49,888 bases of DNA, taken from positions 1 to 49,888 of the forward strand of contig JBJKYD010000015.1 in the NCBI GenBank assembly GCA_045561295.1, written 5' to 3'. Source of the DNA: Gammaproteobacteria bacterium. Lineage in GTDB: Bacteria; Pseudomonadota; Gammaproteobacteria; GCA-002705445; GCA-002716945. Below are positions 1 through 9,585 of this stretch, piece after piece. The position numbers were made by a program, and so were the translations under genes. Within the stretch, counting starts at the first letter, position 1. Each line of letters starts with the position of its first letter. The notes below the pieces were generated by a model. That model was given only the letters and a program-made list of their open reading frames with translations. It searched no databases and had not been told where the DNA came from.

Positions 1-1
1 G

Positions 2-673
2 CATTCAGATCATATACTTGGATTTTCTGATATTCTAATGACCGGTTGGGTCTATCATAGGCAAAATCCATTAAATGTTTTCGGACCTCCGGGTACAATC
101 AACTTCGTCAACAGTACAATCAAATCATTCGAAGAAGACATCAAAGTAAGAAGCCTTCCTCCAGAAAAATTGAATGTAAATAATCTTAATTCAAATATAC
201 AGATTATCTTCGATGGCTATACGTATAAGAAAAATGGATTAATAATCGAAACATTTGCAGTTAAACATGAGCCATTTACATACGCATTTGGATTCAAAAT
301 TTCTAATAGTAAATATTGTATGGTGATATCTGGTGATACAACATACTCTGAACAAGTTATAGAAAAGGCAAAAGAATGTGATCTATTAATTCATGAAATT
401 GCTCATGCATCAGAGCATACACTAGAAAAATATCCTAAAGCTAAAGGAGTCATTTCTTATCATACTAATGCATCTCAAGTTTCAGAGATAATAAATACTG
501 TAAAGCCAAGACTAACAATTCTTAATCATGTTTTATCCTTAGATGGCTCGTCAGATGATGAAATATTAAATAGGATTAAAAAAAAGACTAAACATAAAGT
601 ATTAATTGCTAAAGATTTAATGACAATTGATTTAAAAGATGAAATATATATTTATAAACAAAAAAACTTATGA
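2..673 (+). CDS. MBL-fold metallo-hydrolase, RNase Z/ElaC/AtsA-like (5' partial)
   Basis: The frame is open from base 2 (HSDHILGFSDILM..., the tail of the HxHxDH motif). Downstream motifs are VKHEP, VISGDT, DLLIHE, YHT and ILNH. Confidence 0.8.
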   Translation, partial: HSDHILGFSDILMTGWVYHRQNPLNVFGPPGTINFVNSTIKSFEEDIKVRSLPPEKLNVNNLNSNIQIIFDGYTYKKNGLIIETFAVKHEPFTYAFGFKISNSKYCMVISGDTTYSEQVIEKAKECDLLIHEIAHASEHTLEKYPKAKGVISYHTNASQVSEIINTVKPRLTILNHVLSLDGSSDDEILNRIKKKTKHKVLIAKDLMTIDLKDEIYIYKQKNL

Positions 674-1467
674 CAAATATAATTGGAATTCTTAATCTTA
701 CTCTTGATAGCTTTTCTGATGGCGGAATGTACTACGACCTTGAATCTGCTAAAAAACATATTTCACAAATGATAACACAAGGTGCTGACATCATTGATAT
801 CGGGGCAGAGTCTACAAGATCAGGCTTCTCGGATGTTAATGCAGATACTCAGATTAATACACTTACACCTATTATTAAATTTATTAATAAAAATCATGAT
901 ATCAAAATAAGCATCGATACTAGATCTAGTAAAGTCATTAACGCTTTTTCTAATCAAAATATTATATTTGTAAATGATGTATCATCAGGATTTCATGATA
1001 GGGATATGCTCAAAACTGTATCGCATCTTAAATGTAATTACATTATGACTCATATGCCGGATGAGCATCAAAAAGGTCTAAATAAAAAATATAGTAATAT
1101 ACTAGATGAATTAGATATTTTTTTTAAGGAACGAATTAAATCATGTATGAATCAGGGTATAGACAAGGAAAAGATAATTATTGATCCTGGTATAGGCTTT
1201 GGGAAGTCAGGTGATGATAATGTTAAAATTTTAGAAAATATTGATGTACTTAAAAGTATTCACACCAATATTTGTATAGGCAGTAGTAATAAGAGATTTT
1301 CATCTAAACTATTTAATGGAATTGAAACTAAAGATGATTTAAATATTGCTAATCTTGCAACATTTGCTGTTAGCTCACTAAGTGGTGCGGAATATCTTCG
1401 TGTGCATGATGTAGGACTTACCAAGGATACTGTTTTAATTATTGATAAAGCAAAAGCGCATATGTGA
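670..1467 (+). CDS. folP: Dihydropteroate synthase
   Basis: GILNLTLDSFSDGG, GADIIDIGAESTR, ISIDT, VNDVS, IIIDPGIGFGK, LRVHDV. Confidence 0.9.
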   Translation: MTNIIGILNLTLDSFSDGGMYYDLESAKKHISQMITQGADIIDIGAESTRSGFSDVNADTQINTLTPIIKFINKNHDIKISIDTRSSKVINAFSNQNIIFVNDVSSGFHDRDMLKTVSHLKCNYIMTHMPDEHQKGLNKKYSNILDELDIFFKERIKSCMNQGIDKEKIIIDPGIGFGKSGDDNVKILENIDVLKSIHTNICIGSSNKRFSSKLFNGIETKDDLNIANLATFAVSSLSGAEYLRVHDVGLTKDTVLIIDKAKAHM

Positions 1468-1492
1468 AGGGAAACTGAATCTCGCCTTTCAG

Positions 1493-2083
1493 CTAGTCAT
1501 CAACAAAATTTAACCAGCCTGTTGCTATGTATTTCTCGCATTTTTCACTAATCTGTCCTCGGTGCGTATGCGTCCAATCAGTGGGCCAAAAAAGCGTTAG
1601 GCCTTTTTTAGCTGGGGAGGTAATTTTTTGATACAGGAACTCTGTCCCGCCATCAGGTACATCATTAAGGTAAGTCATCCAAACTAATATCCTTTTATTG
1701 TTAAAACTTCTCTCACAATGCCATTCTTTATAACCTTGACCAGCTTTATAGTGTTGTATATTCCAGTTACCCGTTAATGTGAAACGTTTCATGCGATTCA
1801 ACATTTTGTATTTATTTTGATATTCAGACAATGCAACGCCAAGAGCGGATATATATTTTGATATAGGCTCACTTCTTTCGTCTGGTGTAAGATGTAAATC
1901 GGTAGACTCTTTGATTTTTGTATCTATAACTGGTCCAGCATTAGTTCCACCAATAGCCCCGGGTTTTGCAGCAAGATGATTATCTTTATAATAATCTACT
2001 AGGTTGTCACATACATTTTCTGAGATGTAAAAACCTCCTATGAAACTTTCAATTGGAAAATTATGATCTTTTAGGTTTGTCAT
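1493..2083 (-). CDS. 2OG-Fe(II) oxygenase, prolyl-4-hydroxylase-like
   Basis: WHCE (HxE), WMTYLNDV..GGTEF, PTDWTHTHRG, KYIATGW. Confidence 0.85.
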   Translation of the reverse strand: MTNLKDHNFPIESFIGGFYISENVCDNLVDYYKDNHLAAKPGAIGGTNAGPVIDTKIKESTDLHLTPDERSEPISKYISALGVALSEYQNKYKMLNRMKRFTLTGNWNIQHYKAGQGYKEWHCERSFNNKRILVWMTYLNDVPDGGTEFLYQKITSPAKKGLTLFWPTDWTHTHRGQISEKCEKYIATGWLNFVDD

Positions 2084-2105
2084 TAATGAAATGCTATAAC
2101 AAATA

Positions 2106-3854
2106 TTACAAGATTCCCATCAAAGTTTGTTCAAGATTATTAGCAAATTTTTTATTATCATGAATCGTTTCAAACTTATTTTTACTAGTCAATTTATTCA
2201 CAATTCTTGACTTGACAGTATCTTCGGAACATATCTCTATGATTTTTTTCTTGTAGCTAATAATATCCTGACAACATAATTCACTTAATCCAAGAGAAAG
2301 AAGCAAACTGGTAGAGACACGAGAAGCGAAATGATTGCCTGTTTTAGTAATTACGGGCAAGCCTACTTGAAGGGCATCGGTCGTAGTTGTATGTCCATTG
2401 TATATGCTAGTATCAATTGCAACATCAGCAAGTTTTAATCTCTGTAAATGTTCTTCTCGTGAAACTTTCTCTGCAAATATCAATCTATCATCTTTAATAT
2501 TATTTTTACGTAAATATTTATATATATTCTTTTCAGCTAATTTATTATCACTTAATAACCAAAGAACTGAATTTGGCAGTTCTTTTAATATTTCAATCCA
2601 ACATTTAAATGTAGAGGCGTCTATCTTAAATGACTGATTAAAACATGCTAAAACAATTGCTTTCTCCGGCAAGAAATGTTTTTCCCTTGATGTATTTGAT
2701 TCAGAAAATTTTGATTCACCACTATTTATTTGATAACAACCCGGCATATATAAAAATTTTTCAGTGTAAAAGCTTTGATGCTCAAGAGGAGTCACAATTT
2801 GATCGGTTAAAATATAATCATAAAATTCATGACCTGAAGTCCCTGGAAATCCTAGATAAGAAATAATTTTTTTTGCTGGTCTAGATTTGATTATATCAAT
2901 TCTATTAGACGCAATAATGATTGATAAGTCTATGAGTACATCTAGATCATGTTCTTTAATGATTTGTGCCGCTGATGCATCAGTAATATCTGTTATATCT
3001 AAAAATTTATATATATCCTTTTTTAATTCTTTTTTAATTTCTTCATCATGTCGAAAAGAAAACAAGAATATTTTAAATTTAGTGGCATCGTGTGATTTAA
3101 ATAGATTTTTTATTAAATGATAAGTTGGATGATTCCTTAATTCTCCACATAGATATCCTATTTTAATTTTTTTATCTTGAGATTCAGATGATTCTATTCC
3201 TCCGCCTATCATTTCGGAATTTGATACCTCTTCTATTTTTTTACAATTTTTCTTTACATATGATTTAGCAATATTATAGTTGATCTCCAGATTATCTGTT
3301 CTACTTATTCCCATGAAGGGGTGCTCTTCTCCATTTCCTACCATGGAATCTAATTTTTTTTCTAGGATATCCATTTCAGACCAATTACATGTATTCTGAT
3401 AAAGGCTATACAGAATGATGAGGGCTTTTTCATTACTCTTATCATGCTTTAGGACAATCTTGGCATGAGTTATTGCACTTTCATAGTCACTATTCCTTTG
3501 GAGAGCTAATGCAGCATTACAGTGTGCATCAATGTAGTTTGAATCTATTGCTATGGCTTTTTTTGAACACGAAATGGCTAAGTCGATATTGTTGCTATCA
3601 AGATAAATTACTGAGAGATTATTATAGGCTTCTTTAGATTCTTCAATTTCAATAGCTTTTTTATAGTAGCTTTCAGCTTGGTCAGGACGTCCTCTGTAAT
3701 TATGTATGTTTCCTATGTTAATAATTAAAGATACCTCATTAGGGAAGATTTTTATTGCATCTAATAGTATGTTAAGCGCCGACTCGAATTTCTCTGATTG
3801 CAAGCAAATCTTAATCTCAGAAATAAATTCTGGTAAAGTCTTTTCGATACCCAT
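2106..3854 (-). CDS. TPR protein with O-GlcNAc transferase (SPINDLY/GT41) domain
   Basis: N-terminal TPRs (EAYNNL, DAHCNAALAL); KIKIGYLCGELRNHP, YLGFPGTSG, FNQSFKI, YNGHTTTTDAL, FASRV. Confidence 0.85.
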   Translation of the reverse strand: MGIEKTLPEFISEIKICLQSEKFESALNILLDAIKIFPNEVSLIINIGNIHNYRGRPDQAESYYKKAIEIEESKEAYNNLSVIYLDSNNIDLAISCSKKAIAIDSNYIDAHCNAALALQRNSDYESAITHAKIVLKHDKSNEKALIILYSLYQNTCNWSEMDILEKKLDSMVGNGEEHPFMGISRTDNLEINYNIAKSYVKKNCKKIEEVSNSEMIGGGIESSESQDKKIKIGYLCGELRNHPTYHLIKNLFKSHDATKFKIFLFSFRHDEEIKKELKKDIYKFLDITDITDASAAQIIKEHDLDVLIDLSIIIASNRIDIIKSRPAKKIISYLGFPGTSGHEFYDYILTDQIVTPLEHQSFYTEKFLYMPGCYQINSGESKFSESNTSREKHFLPEKAIVLACFNQSFKIDASTFKCWIEILKELPNSVLWLLSDNKLAEKNIYKYLRKNNIKDDRLIFAEKVSREEHLQRLKLADVAIDTSIYNGHTTTTDALQVGLPVITKTGNHFASRVSTSLLLSLGLSELCCQDIISYKKKIIEICSEDTVKSRIVNKLTSKNKFETIHDNKKFANNLEQTLMGIL

Positions 3855-3860
3855 GATTTA

Positions 3861-6617
3861 TTAGTGTTTTGTATTCTTAGAAACTTTTACAGCACAGAAT
3901 TTGAATTCTGGTATTTTAGCAAAAGGGTCTAGTGCTGCATTTGTAAGTAAGTTCGCAGCAGATTCAACATAACAAAATGGTATAAAGATTTGCCCTGGTT
4001 GCAGCATGTCATCTCTTCTTGCATAGACATCAATCTTGCCACGTCTGGATTCTACGGTTATGAGATTACCATCAACTATACCGAATTTTTCCATATCCTC
4101 CTGGCACAAATTTGCATTTGGATCGGGTTCGATTTCATGCAACATAGTTGCTCTACGAGTCATTGAGCCCGTATGCCAATGTTCCAATTGTCTTCCAGTA
4201 ATTAAAACAAACGGGTAGGAATCATCGGGAAGTTCTGCTGCATTAATAAGAGGTGATTTTACAAATTTAGCTTTGCCTGTTTCGGTAGGAAAATCGTCTA
4301 TAAATATTACAGGTTGTCCAGGGTCTTTTGAATCATCACATGGGTAAGTAATGGAATGATTCTTTTCAAGCCTATCCCATGTAATCCCTTGTATGCTTGG
4401 CATACAATCAGTCATCTCTTTAAAAATCTCTTTAGGATGTTTATAGTTCCATGTAAGACCCAATCCTCTTGCAATTTGTTGTATAATCCATAAGTCTTGT
4501 TTTGCTTCACCCGGTGGATTAACTGCTTGATTACCTAGCTGAACTCTTCGATCAGTATTTGTAAATGTACCTGTTTTTTCTGGAAAAGCAGATGCTGGAA
4601 GAATAATATCAGCATACATTGCAGTCTCTGTTAAGAAAATATCTTGTACTACAAGATGCTCTAGCTTTGAAAGTGCACTTCTTGCATGATTTAAATCAGG
4701 ATCCGACATTGCAGGATTTTCTCCCATAACATATAGGCCTTTAATTCTTCCTTTAGTAATTTCATACATAATTTCAACGACTGTTAGTCCAGGGTTTGGA
4801 TCAAGTTCAGCATCCCAAAATTTTTCAAAAAAACTATTTATCTCAGGATTATCTACTCTTTGATAGTCCGGGTAAACCATAGGTATTAATCCAGAGTCTG
4901 ACGCCCCTTGGACATTATTTTGTCCCCTTAGAGGATGTAAGCCAGTTCCTGGTCTCCCAACCTGTCCTGTCATAAGAGCTAGTGAAATTAATGCTCTCGC
5001 ATTGTCAGTACCATGAATATGTTGAGATACTCCCATTCCCCAAAAGATAATTGATGCTGACGATGATGCATAAATCTTTGCTACTTCATGAATTGTTTTA
5101 GCATCAATGCCACAAATTGATGCCATCTTTTCAGGAGTAAAATCATTTAAATGTTTTTTCAGATCTTCAAAATCAGTTGTTCTTTCTTCTATAAATTTTT
5201 TATCAATTAAATTTTGATCTATTATTGATTTCATTATGGCATTCAGAAGCGCTACGTCTGTATCAGGTTTAAATTGCAAATAATGAGTTGCGTGTCTAGA
5301 TAAATCATTTTTTCTAGGATCTAAAACTATTAAATTTTTTCCTGCTTTAGCTGCATTTTTTATGAATGTTGCTGCAACAGGATGATTTACTGTAGGATTT
5401 GCCCCGATAACGATGATTGTATCTGCTTCTGCAACATCTGCAACTTGGTTTGAAACAGCACCTGAACCAATCATTTCTAGTAGAGCCACAACAGAAGATG
5501 CATGACATAGTCTTGTACAATGATCTACATTATTATTTTTAAAACCTGTCCTTATTAGTTTTTGAAATAAATAGGCTTCTTCATTTGAACCTTTTGCACA
5601 ACCAAAACCTGCAGTTGATTTTACATCTAGATCAGTAAGTGATTTGAATTTTTCAGTAGTTCTTTCGATAGCATCTTCCCAGGAAATTGGTTCAAAATAA
5701 TCCTCTATTCTGTCTAAATTAAAATCCTCAGGTTGAATATTTTTAGTAACACCTTTTTTTCTAGCAAGAGGAACAGTTAATCTTTGCTCACTATTTACGT
5801 AATTAAATCCATATCTACCTTTTACGCATAGTCTGCTCATATTAGCAGGCCCGTCTCTTCCTTCTGCGAAAAGTATTTTGTCATCTTTGATATTATAAGT
5901 AAGCAAACAGCCCACGCCGCAATATGGACATACGCTATCAACTTTTTTATCAGGGACAACTTTCCCGATTTCTTTAGATGGCATTAGTGCACCTGTTGGG
6001 CAAGCTTGAACACACTCTCCGCAGCCGACACACGTACTAGTTCCCATAGGATCATCCAAATCAAATATAATCTCTGATGCAAGTCCTCTTTGAGCGTATC
6101 CAATGACATCATTTACTTGCTCTTCTCTACAAGCCCTTACGCATCTTGTACATTGTATGCATGCATCTAAATTTACAGCAATTGCAGGATGAGATAAGTC
6201 ATGTTTATTTTGTACTTTAGAGGGGAACCGTGTTTCTTGAACTTGAAGTTTATCTGACCAATGTTTTAGCTCAGAGTTTGGATCATACAGTTCTTTTGAT
6301 ACATCTGATTGAAGTAATTCTATTACGACTTTTTGTGAGTGAATAACTCGGTCATTATGTGTGTTAATAACCATACCATCAGATACTTTTCTAACACATG
6401 AAGGTTGAAGAGCTCTTTCTCCCTCTATCTCTACTACACAGACTCTACAGTTTCCATCAGGCCTCATTCCTTCTTTGTAACAAAGATGCGGAATTTCTAC
6501 TCCAATTCTTTTTGAGACTTCAAGAATTGTCTCATCTGTATTTGCAGAGTATTCCTCTCCATTCAATGTGATGGAACAATTAATATCAAGATTAATATCT
6601 TCAGGTTTTGCCGACAT
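3861..6617 (-). CDS. fdhF: NAD-dependent formate dehydrogenase alpha subunit (Mo/W-bis-MGD, Cys-ligated), Fdh1A-like
   Basis: N-terminal 2Fe-2S and 4Fe-4S motifs (CIQCTRC, CVGCGEC, CPYCGVGC), active site HCTRLCHASS, PLRGQNNVQG, C-terminal PEFKFCAV. Confidence 0.93.
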   Translation of the reverse strand: MSAKPEDINLDINCSITLNGEEYSANTDETILEVSKRIGVEIPHLCYKEGMRPDGNCRVCVVEIEGERALQPSCVRKVSDGMVINTHNDRVIHSQKVVIELLQSDVSKELYDPNSELKHWSDKLQVQETRFPSKVQNKHDLSHPAIAVNLDACIQCTRCVRACREEQVNDVIGYAQRGLASEIIFDLDDPMGTSTCVGCGECVQACPTGALMPSKEIGKVVPDKKVDSVCPYCGVGCLLTYNIKDDKILFAEGRDGPANMSRLCVKGRYGFNYVNSEQRLTVPLARKKGVTKNIQPEDFNLDRIEDYFEPISWEDAIERTTEKFKSLTDLDVKSTAGFGCAKGSNEEAYLFQKLIRTGFKNNNVDHCTRLCHASSVVALLEMIGSGAVSNQVADVAEADTIIVIGANPTVNHPVAATFIKNAAKAGKNLIVLDPRKNDLSRHATHYLQFKPDTDVALLNAIMKSIIDQNLIDKKFIEERTTDFEDLKKHLNDFTPEKMASICGIDAKTIHEVAKIYASSSASIIFWGMGVSQHIHGTDNARALISLALMTGQVGRPGTGLHPLRGQNNVQGASDSGLIPMVYPDYQRVDNPEINSFFEKFWDAELDPNPGLTVVEIMYEITKGRIKGLYVMGENPAMSDPDLNHARSALSKLEHLVVQDIFLTETAMYADIILPASAFPEKTGTFTNTDRRVQLGNQAVNPPGEAKQDLWIIQQIARGLGLTWNYKHPKEIFKEMTDCMPSIQGITWDRLEKNHSITYPCDDSKDPGQPVIFIDDFPTETGKAKFVKSPLINAAELPDDSYPFVLITGRQLEHWHTGSMTRRATMLHEIEPDPNANLCQEDMEKFGIVDGNLITVESRRGKIDVYARRDDMLQPGQIFIPFCYVESAANLLTNAALDPFAKIPEFKFCAVKVSKNTKH

Positions 6618-8280
6618 CTTTTACCTCATTCGAGAAGTATTTTAACACAGATTTTACAGGATTAGATGCTGCTTGACCTAGACCACATATAGAAGCATCC
6701 GACATTGTTTGACTTAAGTCTTCAAGCAGACTTATATTCCATTTTTTTTCTTTCATAAGCTCAGAAGCTTTGGATGTACCAGCTCTGCATGGAGTACATT
6801 TACCACAAGATTCATGTTTGAAAAAATCAATAGTTGTTTTTGCAGCATCCCTTGCTTTATCTTTATCAGATAGTATAACGACTGCGGCTGATCCTATGAA
6901 ACACCCATATTCTTCAAGTGTACCGAAATCTAAAGGGATATCATTCATGCTAGCTGGCAGGATACCGCCCGATGCTCCACCAGGAAAATAACCATAGAAC
7001 TCATGCCCATCTAACATGCCACCTGCATAATCATCTATTAATTCTTGAACTGTGATTCCAGCAGGAGCTAAATGTACGCCAGGTTTTTTTATTCTTCCAC
7101 TAACAGAGAAAGATCTTAGACCTTTTCTACCATTGACGCCTTGATTTGCGAACCAATCGGATCCCTTATCTAATATATCTCTTATCCAAAAAAGAGTTTC
7201 CATATTATGTTCCAATGTTGGTCTTCCAAATAAACCAACTTGTGCAACAAAAGGAGGACGGAGTCGAGGCATCCCTCTTTTGCCTTCTATAGACTCAATC
7301 ATTGCTGATTCTTCACCACATATATATGCACCAGCTCCTCGTCTCATCTCAATTTCTGGAATATCTGTGAAGTGGCTTTTGATTTTATCTATCTCCACTT
7401 CCATAATGTTTTTAACAGCCGGATATTCATCTCTTAAGTAAATATATATTTTATCAATACCTACTACTCTTGATGCTATTAACATGCCTTCAAAAAATCT
7501 ATGAGGATCTGATTCAAGATAGTACCTATCTTTAAAAGTACCTGGTTCACCTTCATCTATATTAATAGCAAGAAGTCTAGGAGCTTCTTGTTCTCTTAGT
7601 ATTCTCCATTTTCTACCAGCGGGAAAACCAGCGCCACCCAGACCTTTAAGTTCTGAGGCTTCAAGAACTTCAACAGCACTTTCATGAGAAATCTTCTCAT
7701 TAATAATTGATTCATAAATTTGATACCCACCATCAGAAATATATTTGTCTAGATCTATATAATCAGGAATCTCTGGATGAAATGCTTTGGCATCAACATT
7801 TTTTTTGATTTCTTTAAAAGTTGCATTATCGACGGGATTAAATTTCACGACAGCTGCTGGCGCAGACTGACATCTACCTATACAGGGAACTTTTTGGATT
7901 CTAACAGTGCCTTTGTAATAATCATCGAGAGTTTTTGCAAGCTCATTAGCACCATTCATTTCACACGTGACTGAGTCGCAAATTCGAACAGTAAGTGAAG
8001 GAGGTTTATCTGAATCAGTGTCTACTACATCAAAGTGATGATAAAAAGTTGCAACTTCATAAACTTCAGTTTGAGAAATACCCATGAGATTGGCTAGTGC
8101 TGTCATATAATTTTTTGTTATTGCACCTTGAGAATCCTGTATTTTATGAAGGTATTCAATCAGGTGATCTCTTCTGTATGAGGAGGTATCGAGGATAGTC
8201 TCAAGTTTACCTAAGACATCAAAATCAACTTTACGACCTCTCGGCCTCAGAGTAATTTTATTCTTGAGTGTTTTTTTCAT
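6601..8280 (-). CDS. Formate dehydrogenase beta subunit, NuoE-NuoF fusion (2Fe-2S + FMN/NADH + 4Fe-4S), Fdh1B-like
   Basis: CDSVTC..CIGRC, LKGLGGAGFP, DEGEPGTFKDR, GAGAYICGEE, ESCGKCTPCR, SICGLG; overlaps the alpha subunit start. Confidence 0.9.
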   Translation of the reverse strand: MKKTLKNKITLRPRGRKVDFDVLGKLETILDTSSYRRDHLIEYLHKIQDSQGAITKNYMTALANLMGISQTEVYEVATFYHHFDVVDTDSDKPPSLTVRICDSVTCEMNGANELAKTLDDYYKGTVRIQKVPCIGRCQSAPAAVVKFNPVDNATFKEIKKNVDAKAFHPEIPDYIDLDKYISDGGYQIYESIINEKISHESAVEVLEASELKGLGGAGFPAGRKWRILREQEAPRLLAINIDEGEPGTFKDRYYLESDPHRFFEGMLIASRVVGIDKIYIYLRDEYPAVKNIMEVEIDKIKSHFTDIPEIEMRRGAGAYICGEESAMIESIEGKRGMPRLRPPFVAQVGLFGRPTLEHNMETLFWIRDILDKGSDWFANQGVNGRKGLRSFSVSGRIKKPGVHLAPAGITVQELIDDYAGGMLDGHEFYGYFPGGASGGILPASMNDIPLDFGTLEEYGCFIGSAAVVILSDKDKARDAAKTTIDFFKHESCGKCTPCRAGTSKASELMKEKKWNISLLEDLSQTMSDASICGLGQAASNPVKSVLKYFSNEVKDVGKT

Positions 8281-8376
8281 GGTATTTATTTCCTTCCCTG
8301 GTAACTATACACAATTATATGTTCTTTATATAATGATTCAAGCTGACATAAATTAATATAATAAGGAGAGAGCATT

Positions 8377-8748
8377 ATGAGCCAAGAAAAAGTATATTCA
8401 GAAGATGAGATTAATAGCTACTTATCAAATAAATTACCCCATTGGTTTTATGAAAACGGATGGATAAGAAGAAAGTATAAAACTAGTGGATGGAAAGGAA
8501 CACTCATGGTGGTGAATACTGTCGGACATTTAGCAGAAGCAGCATGGCATCATCCTGACATTGCTGCATCATATGGTTTTGCAATAGTAAAACTTCAAAA
8601 TCATGCCGCTAAAGGTATTACTGATAAAGATTTTTTACTAGCTGAGAAAATAGAATCAGTTATTCAATGGCAGCCGTCCAAAGAGGACAACACTCTTGAG
8701 GGCACTCCAGATGATCCAAGATTCAAATATGTCAAATATGATGAGTAA
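8377..8748 (+). CDS. Pterin-4-alpha-carbinolamine dehydratase family protein
   Basis: AEAAWHHPD, H..KGITDKD; GGAG RBS. Confidence 0.88.
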   Translation: MSQEKVYSEDEINSYLSNKLPHWFYENGWIRRKYKTSGWKGTLMVVNTVGHLAEAAWHHPDIAASYGFAIVKLQNHAAKGITDKDFLLAEKIESVIQWQPSKEDNTLEGTPDDPRFKYVKYDE

Positions 8749-8751
8749 GTT

Positions 8752-9336
8752 TTAGAGAAATTTTTTTACAATTCTTGTTATTTCTGTACTTGGTATTCCA
8801 TTAGGTATAATTTTTTTTACTTGAAGCTTTTTATCAAGTACATAAATATTAGAACTGTGTTCAACTATATATCCTTTATTTTTTTGATCTGCAAATTCAT
8901 ATTTAGTTTTAAAAAATTTTGTTAAGGTATCAATATTTTCTTTATTAGAGGTTAACGCAGCGATCCTATTATCAAAAAAATCTACATATTCACGGACTTT
9001 TTTATAATCATCTCTGTCATAATCTACGCTTATGAACATAGGTAATACTTGGCTAGACTCATCGCCTAAACCTTTCATTACCCTTGCCATATCTAATACT
9101 GTAGTAGGGCAAACATCTGGGCAATGAGTATATCCAAAAAAAACTAAAAGAACTTTATTTTCATAACCATTAAATTTTGTAATTTCATTATTTTTATCGT
9201 AGAAACTTACTTTTTCAAACACACTAGACATGTCAGGAAATGCTTTTGAGATATCTGAATACGATTTAGTTGGACTTATAATCATTAGGAATAAAAGTCC
9301 CAGAAAAGCAATCTTGAATCTATGAAATATTTGCAT
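8752..9336 (-). CDS. SCO1/SenC copper chaperone
   Basis: FFGYTHCPDVCP, conserved His in YIVEHSS, N-terminal signal/anchor. Confidence 0.9.
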   Translation of the reverse strand: MQIFHRFKIAFLGLLFLMIISPTKSYSDISKAFPDMSSVFEKVSFYDKNNEITKFNGYENKVLLVFFGYTHCPDVCPTTVLDMARVMKGLGDESSQVLPMFISVDYDRDDYKKVREYVDFFDNRIAALTSNKENIDTLTKFFKTKYEFADQKNKGYIVEHSSNIYVLDKKLQVKKIIPNGIPSTEITRIVKKFL

Positions 9337-9453
9337 GACCTAATATACAATAACAAATAATAATATGTAATTAATTACCATTTTTTTTAGGGTAATTTTA
9401 AGTCTAAAATATTAGAATAATCTTATATTCTTATCTACTCTTTGTATGCATTA

Positions 9454-9487
9454 TTGCTTTGACAGACAAGCAAAGTGATACTAATAT
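9454..9487 (+). promoter_or_regulatory. Putative sigma70 promoter of the monooxygenase operon, overlapped by an inverted repeat
   Basis: TTGACA (9459-9464), 17-nt spacer, TAATAT (9482-9487); TTGCTT-N8-AAGCAA spans the -35. Confidence 0.5.
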
Positions 9488-9585
9488 TTACCCAATGGGA
9501 AAATTTATTCCTAGGGAACTCAGCTGAAAATGGCAAGATGCCAAGGGAAGTTGAGAAAACAAATTCGATTAATCTGGAGGTAAAG

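Noticed and set aside
6601-8280. Respiratory complex I nuoEF
   Set aside because: It is fused, coupled to an FDH alpha subunit, and no other nuo genes are nearby.
9475-9585. N-terminal 37-aa extension of the monooxygenase given in the ORF track
   Set aside because: It starts at a GTG inside the predicted promoter with no RBS. ATG 9586 has GGAGG and matches the XylM-like N-terminus.
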